This document shows positions 53,960 to 64,000 of a stretch of 64,000 nt of DNA, piece after piece. This DNA comes from Iphione sp. A-MEVVRFRX5 (taxonomy: Eukaryota). The DNA lies in the NCBI GenBank assembly GCA_976226885.1, contig OZ320316.1:38068001-38132000 (forward strand), read 5' to 3'. Position numbers and translations under genes: made by a program. The first letter of the stretch is position 1, and the number at the start of each line of letters is the position of its first letter. Under the pieces are notes generated by a model. It was not told the DNA's origin, searched no databases, and worked only from the letters and a program-made list of their open reading frames with translations.

Positions 53960-54400
53960 CTAGGGGATTAGTGATGGAGAGATACATCTTGTGTGAGCTT
54001 TGCATGAAAGCATGTCTGCCAGCTTATTTATATTTCTTATACGTTGTTTTGTGTTCATGCATACTTTACGATTCCCTGTCTTATCATACAGTTCAACCCA
54101 TGGTATAGTGATCAAAATGATGACCATTGAAGTTGAATGCCGTATCATTTTCCTTGATGATTGAAACCATGTACCATGATGCATGTCTAGGATTACATCA
54201 ACGCTCTCTAAAACGGACACCCCCATATAAATAGATAAATGGAATGTTCCTATGGACATTTGCCACTGTACAACTGGAGACAACCACGACAGGAGATACC
54301 TATAGACTGTCGCCGCTAGTGCCTGAAACAGCATCATATTTTGTCTATACATGGTACAGTGCAAGACAGGGAACACCCCTAAATTGGGAAACTTTCCTTG
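53960..54400 (-). mobile_element. Possible CACTA/EnSpm-like transposase relic
   Basis: ILDMHHGTWFQ...IILITIPWVELY loosely resembles the DIxDGxxW...LxLxxDW block. An upstream frame has CRGCLQLY...CP. The support is weak and from memory only. Confidence 0.22.
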
Positions 54401-55319
54401 GGGGCAAAGGGTGTCCCCACTTCTGAGGTTCTACTGTATATGGAAACATGACAAAAGGAAAAGATAACTCCCGAGTGATTCCGATCTCCAAGGTTTACCA
54501 ACACGAACTAATTCTTTTTTCTATACGTTTGCAGACGCCACACAGACAGCATCTACACGGTGCGGAGAGATGTGTTAACCACATCCGTCTACCTAAAGCC
54601 GGTACTGACAAATTTAATGCGTGCCCGGTCTGTAATTGAAAAAAGATTTGGCAATCATCCTTCGACATATTAGGATCTGAGACAATTACTAAAAGAAAAC
54701 TGGAAAACTCCATAAAATAATGAAATTACAATTATTGTTTTTGAATCTCCAAAACTTTATATCAATCTCTTAGTGAAAATACTGGTATTTGCCAAATGCC
54801 CACTCCTCTTTTGCTATCTAAAACAAACCCTCTTTTGCCCCCACACCATTGGCGTGGGCATCACGAACCACAATATAGGCCTTATGTACCTGCCCTCAAC
54901 ATATCGCCTTGAATTATTGTTGCTGACCCTATGATCTCTGTTCACATCTTAGCTGTCGCAATTGCGCTATCATTGACACGCTTCACACTTGAGAAAACAT
55001 CCCGCAACCAGACTCAGTGCGCCTAACATCGTCAAGAGGATTTACTAGATTTACAGCTCAACAAGGATAGTTGAATGAAGCAATCAAACTCTCCAAACTT
55101 AAAATGAAAAGATATGTAGAGAGATAACGAAATGCATATTGCTGACAAAACGTAAAAGAGAACTACATGAGGACGTCCCCTCCCCGACACCTCTGGGATG
55201 CGGACGCTCCTACAATGCGGACGACTTGGAGAAGAACCAAAATTTTTCCTATAGTTAAGCATTATAAGAGGACATCTGTAATGAGGACAGCCATTTTAGA
55301 GGAGCATCTCCCTGTGGAC

Positions 55320-55580
55320 ACCCTCAAAACGTGTTTTAGGGTGAATTTGGGGCTGCAGGGAGGCCTTATGAGTCATTTCCATACATTTCCCTTGGTGTCC
55401 CCCTATAGACAACATGTTTTAGCGTGAATTTGGGGCCCCAGGGAGGCATTATGAGTCATCTTCACATGTTTCCTTTGGTGTCCTCCTATAAATAACGTGT
55501 TTTAGTGCAAATTTGGGGCTCCAGGGAGGCCTTAGAAGTCAGTTTCGCACATTTCACTTCATATACCCCTACAGATAACA
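55320..55580 (+). repeat. Tandem repeat, ~86-bp unit, about 3 copies
   Basis: Recurring GTGTTTTAG.G.GAATTTGGGGC..CAGGGAGGCCTTATGAGTCAT...TTTCC.TTGGTGTCC. Confidence 0.85.
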
Positions 55581-55629
55581 TAGGTATTAAGGGTAGACAT
55601 GAATAACCCAGGGTGTATGAGGTGTTGCT

Positions 55630-55705
55630 TCAATCATCAAGTTCAGTACTTTTTGGACTTTTAGTCATCAAATTCAGTACGTTTAGGACTCTAAATCATC
55701 AAATT
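55630..55705 (+). repeat. Tandem repeat, ~30-bp unit, 3 copies
   Basis: Recurring TCATCAAATTCAGTAC.TTT.GGACT; similar to the reverse complement of the degenerate array at ~1270-1500. Confidence 0.8.
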
Positions 55706-58700
55706 CAGTACTTTTTGGACTCTGTTATGACCCCAAAGTCATATCCTACTAACAGATCTATAATCCGGCCACGTCTGTATTGTCACTTTATGAAATAAAA
55801 TACCAGATCATCCAAATCTTTATATATGTATATATAAATATATATTTGGTGAGTATCCACTTTGATTTCTTTTGCAATTCTTCTTTAGACTATATATGTC
55901 CCAGTATTCTTATATCAGATTATGCTTTGCAGTGAGTGAGGAGTCCGCACCATCGCTTCTTGTACGTGTGCAGGATGGATGAACTTACTTGTATTACATA
56001 ATTTTGCTCTTTAATAAGCTGTGCAAGCTAGCACCTGGCACAGCTCTTTCTCCTGTGAAATATCACAGACAATTTTATGTTCCTCATTCTCATCTTTGAT
56101 ACAATCCACATTCCTTCCTCTTTTATTTGACATTTTATGTGATTTAATAAACTTGAGTGCGTCATGCATTATCTTTCATAGTTTTCCGCCTTGGTCTTAA
56201 TCATAAATTGGAAGTGAAGTGGTATTGGAGGGGGGCGGGGGAGAAATACATGTCATTATAATTAGAACCAGGAAAACGCATGTGTTCGACAGCAGGCGAT
56301 GTGACGATGAAAAAGCATTTTCTTGAACGGTCTGACCGCCAAGAAAAAATTATTTCTTCATTGCCAATTATATACGTGTGTGCCTGTATACATTGTTTTA
56401 TATTGACGAAACTGGGGAGTGCCGCTGTTTCATAAGACTATTTAGGTACCGGGTCTATTGGACGGCGAAGTCATTCTTCATTGATTTCATGCCGCAATTA
56501 GCTGCCCTCTTGGTGTGGATGTTTATCCCTTTTCCGATTCTTCAGTGATTATTGATCGGCTTAATAATTATCTACGGTAGTCCTTGCGTTACCATCAATA
56601 TCCGTTCCAGGATAACATGGGAACTATCGTTTGTGAAAATACACTACATGCAATTATAGCAGAAGCTCCTAGCACCCGTCATTTGGTTAAGCGGTATTTG
56701 CCGGTTATGTTGCCGTCGTTATGGAGGGACCGCGCTATACATGTACATGACAAAGGCTTCAGGCTCAAATGTGACTGCATCGCACTTTCTTTCATCGTGA
56801 CAAGAATATCCTCATAACACATAGAAACGCATTCTAGTACGACAGATTGTATACGGCTACAAGTTCAGCTCATTCCGGTGCATGAAGTCTTCCTTTCAGG
56901 GTCATATTCTCCAGAGTGTGCAGCCGATATAACTTGCGCGTCTGAAATTTTTTATTTCAACAGAGTTTTGAGATAAATTGCCCATGAATTCATATTTTCA
57001 CTAATATAACAAAGGCCGTAGTGAGACAGGAAATGTCCTCTACCTAAGCATCACTTCATGTAATTTGTTCATGTGAAAGGTATTTGTCAGTCCCAGTTCC
57101 ATATACTTAGACCAGGCTACGTACGAGTCACGGTCCAACCGTGCATGTTAGGCCAGATACCTTGCAAGATTGTGTGTTAATTTCCTAAGAAAACCCCAAA
57201 TAGAAAGAAACTGTATTTCCCTGTCCTCCCTGAAGAACATACTACGAAACTTTAAACCTATGAAGAAACCGTTCCACCTACGGTCTGTCGGCTTTTATTG
57301 GGAGATGGTTAGTTTATAATAAACCGAGTGCTATTCAGACCTACATGTCTGAAGCTAGTTCCAATAAAATGCCCCTTTTTCCGTGAGAAGAACAATAAGA
57401 GATGTTTACAACGTACGTTTAAATTACAGGTCTAATTCACTTCGTCATATCCATATGACACTTCCTCAAAAAGATGATGGCCACAAAGATATCTCATGAA
57501 CATTTCATTTTCGGAGGCAACAAATCAGTTTTGAATACATGTATTACACCGAAAAGAAATACATGCACGTATACATCGTTTACACGTTCTGTATTGATTG
57601 TAATGCAAGAGTCTATACCTTAGTTAGATAAAAAGAAGAAAAATTAAAAACTTGGTCACACATGCGGGCATACCTTTTCAAATGTAATGCCCATTTTTTC
57701 TTGCAATCAAATTCGTACCAAGCCTTTGATTGTTTATTTAACGAGAGTGCTGTCACTCGGGGCCTTAGTTTGATATTCAGTGAGGCTTCGCGTATGGCCA
57801 AGACACTGCATGCATATGGGGAAGAGAAGCAGACAGCTTTGTGTATACAACTGGATATAAATCGACCGGCATAAAGGTAATCGTTCAGGAACTTAGAAAA
57901 TGTCAGCTATGAAATGCTGGTTTCGTGTTCTTCCCTTGAGAAAAGTACAGATATCTCCAGCCATGTAACGCTGTGTGTCACCAACCCCAGGGAATATTAA
58001 AACTGATACCTTTCTGAGGTTCTTTGAACTGTCAATAGGTGTTAGACTCAGTTTATTTAGACAGCGATGAAGTATTCACACTTTGTTCTCTAGCACTCTA
58101 GACAGGGTTAAGAGTTGATATACGAAAATCTTTTCCTCAAACAAATTGTGTATGCATAGCTCTACAGCCCGGCAGGACGAGAAAACCAAAACTGCCCAGG
58201 TATTTTAGGAAAGGAGGATGAGTAATGTTGATCAGGTAGATGTAAATGTGGAGAGACCAATGTGAGAACTTCAAACAACTAAGGTTGTCTTTAAATAACA
58301 GTCTCCAGTGTTCTGTGTATGTACTTATGTATATGTATATATATATCAACTAAAACGCTCTGTATGTTTACGGCCTGCATGTACATCTGGCATTGTTATT
58401 TGATGATACTTGGTATTTAACGCCTAAAAGTCAGGTTTTCAATAAGGGTTGTTTCTGATTACGATGAGTGAACATGTTTTAAAATCATGCAAACCCCCCC
58501 CCCTACTGTTTCATCTGGCTACATTCTTCAGGTGCGAGTCTGTACAACATACGTACAAGTTTAACCATTCCTTTTGCGAAAGCAACCCTACCCAGTTATA
58601 TTAAGATACATCAACACGTATTTTTAAGGTACAACATGTCCATAATTGCGTTTTCCTTCAACTAATTCTGAATGTGATATGTCAGTCAGCCAATACAAAA

Positions 58701-61700
58701 TCTGGGCTCCATATGGCACTGATTGCACTGCCATCAGACTGTGCAGAGAACAGCTGGTCCTGCTTAACCTTAGCGTCATGGAAGGGTGGACTTACCTCTC
58801 TATGCAATGAGTGCAAACTTGTTATACCCCTCCTAAATCAGTCCAGCTGCAGGTTCTTCTCGCTTGGTGGTGTTGATTGCTTAAGGTACTGGAGCGAAAA
58901 GCTCTCCTAAACTAGTCGTCGGATGCCGTCACCGCGTCTGGCCTTTGATGTGCCTCTATAATAGTAGTATACGTAACGCCGCGCGCCACCACTGGCTGTT
59001 GCTGCACGCGGTACACGGACTGCCTAGCACTGGAAGACAGATCCGCCTACCGACCGCAAGGCGCTGCGTGGTGGCATCTCCTCGCGTGTGCGCAACCAAG
59101 CATCCTCAGGCCTTTTCACAGCCATAGCGCGTGAGGAGGGAGGGGGGAGGGGGCAGAGGAGAGCATGAAATGGGATTCTCTCACGCACGCCCGATCCAAT
59201 GACCCATCAATCCCAGCATCAATATCTTTAAGTGCCCTGTGTATATTCTTCAGTCAAGCCAAACCTCTCTGGGTTGTCTACTTCATACCAACAACATACA
59301 AAAATTACAGAATCAAGGCAAGTAGGCACAGACACAGAAGAGCGGTTTGCAAAATGACCTTGGCACAATTAGACTATCCTTGATTTGGACGGTGGTGTTT
59401 CCCCATGGAGATTTGGAGATTTGGGAACGTGTTCCTTGGCATGTGTCATGCATGTTATATGTCATGCTCTTGAAATGATAATTAAAGAATATCTCTACAC
59501 TTCATAAAGGCAACACGGTAATTTCAGGATTGGTTTATTGGGTTTCAACTACGTGTATTATAGGTTTCTCCCAAGAACTGAATAATTTACTGGTAAACTC
59601 AATTATCACAATGCTTGTTATCATAATTTTGGTTAATTCACTGTGTACTGTTTTAGCATTATCCTTTAAGAGAGCTTTGTGGCCCTAATCTGGACTTTTT
59701 TTCGTCCATTTCAATTAAATCCATATACATGTACATTGTATCCTTTACGTGTGCCAGGAACTACAGACGGGTATGTCTTTCCTGCTGCACCTTATATCGG
59801 CCAGTCGTATATTTCTCTCTACATCTTAAATTATTCCTGACATAAAGAACTCAATTATTAATTAGCCAGTACATCACAAAAGCTTCCTTGCTAATATGAA
59901 TGTGCAAATTATAATTTTTCAAGTTTAAAAATGGAATAAGTCCCTACTGGATGACTGCTGAGGGAACGGTTTGATTATGGGGACTTCAATTTCCTGCCAA
60001 TTTTCTCCTTTTTTCATCTAACGTCGTTGCATACGTCAGCACTGGATGCAATCACTGATACAAGAGTAAACTCTAACTCCAAATATAAATGAGATGATTT
60101 TTCAATTATATGAGAAGAAGGGAGGTCAAATTTCTGTAGTATCAAGTGACGTTTTTCCTTGGGGATCTGGAAATGTATAGGATACTTATTAAAGGGCGTT
60201 TACTCGAAATGAAGTTTCCTCGTATGAACTGTGTCCATAAAGTTTTCTTTTCTGCGAGGTGTTGGTTGCTTCCCTCGTCCAGTTTACGCATTGTGCCATA
60301 GGGAAACGATGACTTATCTTCCTTGTATCGTCTTTCAACAAATACAGCCGTACCTTTTGCACAATGTCCAGAAAGGCGTGCATCGAGCGCATTCGCCTGT
60401 CGTCTTTTGTTGTGTGATAAATGACATGTCCTATATCGCACGGAGGACTTTGCTAATCCTGTTTGCTGGTTCAATATTTCACTCCCCTGGCAAAGTTTAT
60501 TTTGACGACTGGATCTTCCGTTAAGATGGAGCAATGACTTGCATTTGTATTCACGCATAACTGAAGAAATGTTCTAAGAAGGTATTACGGACGAAACTTT
60601 AACCTAGATTCATAAGCACAAGCCTATATACGTGCAGAAGCAAATCACATACGCACATGAAGACATACACCCTTACACACATGTATGTACTTAATAAGCA
60701 CACTGAAGGACATTTTATTTTGCAGTTCCTGTTAAAACATATGGTAGTAAACATAGGCTATGAAATATATTATTAAATGGGAGCTCGAGCATACTTTGAA
60801 AATAGAGATTGATTGGCCTAAACAAAACGGAAAAGGATTACATGAAGTGCTTAAGATGTGAAGATGCAAGAGATTTTGTATCACCAGAACCACGAGGAGG
60901 CTGTTTCTGAGAATAAATGCCGTGATGGGTCACGTGAGCAGCAGTGAGTCGAATTAAAATGCACTTGGTCCTTTATGGAAGGTTCGCACCATTAAATGTG
61001 CTTTTGAGATTTGGGTCTCATAAAATCCTACTGTAATTGATGAATTGATTTTTTAAAACGCGTAAGACATTCTTGTTTCTTAACTAATTCATCACGCTAA
61101 GTATCACCAAGTTGCTAAGTATGTACTGCCCTTGGTTTTGTTGGTTGATTGTTATGTCTTTAATGATACCATCCAAATTAACATTCAATAAACGATTCAC
61201 AATATCATAATATGCTTACATCGAGCCAGATAAAACATTCCGGTGCCTAGTTACAGACCTAGGCAGGCATGAAAAACTGGACCAAATATAGAAAAATGGT
61301 GGTTAAACTTTTCCAATGTATGCAATGTCAGTAAATAAATGTGTTCTGTTAAGCTACACTTCAACTTCAAAAATAAGTAAAGAGGAGATCACATCATATG
61401 AAGTCTAAATTGCCTTTCCTACAAATGATTTGAAGAGCATTATAGCATTTTTATACATGTATAAGAAAGAATATAAACTCCACAGCAATCAGTGAAACAA
61501 ACAAGTTACCTTACCTACAGACAGAACAGTCTACTCTTTCGGTAACACAAGCAACTGTGCCCCTCCTCCCTTTTCCTCCCTCTCACATAAATATTAAATC
61601 ACGCGTGACTGAATGCATGAGTAGTAATATACACCGCATTTTCGTTTATCCTGTGCATGTTCCTGTACATCTGTTCAAGGGCACCAAACATTCGCCTAGC

Positions 61701-64000
61701 AAATATAGGCGTCCTGGTCTTCGATCCAGTCCCCTTGAAATAGAGGCCTGTTCCTGTTTCTAAAGTCTGCACCGTCTACTCCTGGACGTGGCATCTTTTC
61801 TCTGAATAAACCTGTGGTGTTCACTTTCTTTCGACGTCTATTGGTCACATAGGATTATACTTGATCCTCAGGTAAGTATCATGTGCATTTACTGTTCAAT
61901 TCTGAAGCCTAGCAGATCGACCTTTGGACAATGATTTACAATAATGGCCGGAAACATAGACCACCTACAAGTTCCAAAAATTTCCAAAGATACCGGATAA
62001 AGACCATATAATTTTGAATACCTGTCTCCTAGCCTGTCCTATTTGGTGATCTAAGTGCCGACATAAACAACAGGAACTCTCCCACTTACTTTCAAATAGA
62101 CCATTTTCATCCGAACACCAAGTAGGGTCAAAAGATGACGCAGTAGGTAGAAAAGCCATTGAAATCTTTGTTAAATTGATATCAAATAAGTGGATAAATG
62201 TTTGAGTCAATTATTATTGTATTGTATTTCTCAACAATTTTTGGTAAAGTATAGAAATATTTAAATCAGATCCCAAACCCACTACACATATATCAGTTTG
62301 TAAGGAATAAGGGTGGAAGGAACTAGGCCTACTAATGATTGATTTTAGAATCACATTGTAAAGTGCTGACTTTACTATAGTTTCGGTCAACCAAAGAAGT
62401 AAACATTGAGGCGCATGTAGGTTGATGGAATATATTACAACAAATCCTAAACAATTATGTAAATGTGACAAGATTTGGGCTGGAATACATTAATGTTACA
62501 GGTCGAATAAGAGGATATGAAGTCCACAGGGGTATCTTGGCCAGGGGGAAGGTGAGAGCTTTCAAGAGAGAAACGGATACTCTGTACGCATGCCATTCCG
62601 TGCCCTGTCACTCTACATATGTCTTCCTATATCAGTCCCTCTGTCCCCCTCCATTTAACTGTCTGCCTATCAGAAGAAGATTATAAATTGCAAAGAGTAC
62701 GGAGCATCATGTTCTTCATGACTCTGATGTAAGAAGGGAACTACGGTTAGCAGGTCCTTGTGAATGGTGTGTGTATGGTAAAATGATTCAAGGACAATAT
62801 TATGATGAAACGGGCGCCTGATTCGGTCTTGGAAAGGTCCATACAAATGAAATATTGAAGAGTTCACATGGTTAGATCTGCTTCACTAAGTTTAGAACAT
62901 CAAAGTGTCTGTTTATTCAATCAGGTTTCTCCCATATGTCCAATGACTCAGTGGCTTTCACACTAGAAATTTCATATTTTGCAATTTTGCCGACATTGTG
63001 CTAGACCTACTCCAGGTACTTGTGCCAGATCCCCCGGTTGCCAGACTGCCACAGTGAGTGGCACGGGATCATCACTCACCAGGCGGGGCAAGTGGTTCTG
63101 GCTACCACAATAAAAACAAAATACTGTGCCATGCTGTAAGACCTACCAATATTGAAAGGAGAGTCCTAAGCAGATATTAACATTCTTTGACATTTTTTCA
63201 TGGTTTTAAATAAACAACTTGTTGGATTCGTTCATTTGGGAACTGTAAACATATCGCGACCCACACGTTTTAACGGTAAATTTTTGAAGAAGGCAATTCA
63301 TTATGAAATTAGAGTTTCAATAGCACTAGAAGATATCAAGAACGAAGTTAAGGTAAGAGAATTCATTGAATATATAAGATGTATTTCTGTATCATCTCCG
63401 ACCCCTAAAAGCAGATGGTGCAGAGATGTGACCAGGACAAGAGATGGTCAGAGACATTCAGTACTAACAGAGGGACCCAAAGGCTTTTCCTTTTCCTAAG
63501 GAGGCTGTATGTTTAGGGCAACGGTGCCGCGTGATATTAGTCATGTGTATGAAAATCTATTCAAAGGATTTCTGAGGAAATAAAGAAAGAGCGCTTTCTA
63601 TAAGACATGGCACGTGGTATCGTTGTAATGTAGGCATGTCATAAGAGCGTATAGTGCTAGGGAGAAGGTTGGTCCGTGAGAGTGGTCCGTATGGAATCCG
63701 CGATCCGGGACAGGATGCGATCCGTGACGACTTCCGGACCAGTAGACTTATTGCGTAGTAAAGGTATCTCACGGATTATGGTGCTGCGCAGTAGGAGTAC
63801 TTCGCGGACTGTTTATTTGCTGCGCATATGCAGGTGTCTAGACACCCTATTTTTAGCAACTCTTATGTAACACTGTCATATATAAACCCATGTTTTCTGG
63901 AATAAAAGGACCCTTTCTCTTTGCACATACGAGAGAGACCATTCCATGCACAACGATTTAGTGTATATTGGAGTGAAACTTATATTCTACTTTTTCTCAA

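Noticed and set aside
60142-60558. 138-aa minus-strand ORF (RTCHLSHNK...)
   Set aside because: No recognisable domain or splice context. It could be a transposase remnant but is unsupported.
61555-61849. Possible second solo LTR (AATAAA, ends ...GGTCACA)
   Set aside because: No matching inverted terminus with a TSD was found.

Overview
This is AT-rich eukaryotic genomic DNA, probably from a marine invertebrate. That assignment is inferred from the repeat types; the species cannot be determined. I can support one host gene: a minus-strand ATF3-like (ATF3/JDP2/BATF/Fos group) bZIP transcription factor. It has three phase-0 coding exons (32257-31613, 24210-24103, 23510-23298; 321 aa), a His/Gln-rich N-terminus, and a TATA box with adjacent CRE/AP-1-like sites. 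The 108-nt basic-region exon is missing from the ORF track and was read by hand. The rest of the window is decayed transposon sequence: a Ngaro-like tyrosine-recombinase retrotransposon relic with a nested tRNA-SINE and MITE, a DIRS-like RT relic, LINE RT relics, a solo LTR with a 4-bp TSD, pogo/Tc1-type and other MITEs, mini- and microsatellites, and one 133-N assembly gap. I found no rRNA, true tRNA gene or CRISPR array, and no clearly new multi-gene system. The most interesting leads are the His-rich ATF3, the nested element, and a strong excess of the palindrome TACATGTA that may be transposon excision footprints. Family assignments rest on motifs recalled from memory; no database search was run. 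Most ORF-track entries are chance ORFs, many starting at TTG/GTG.
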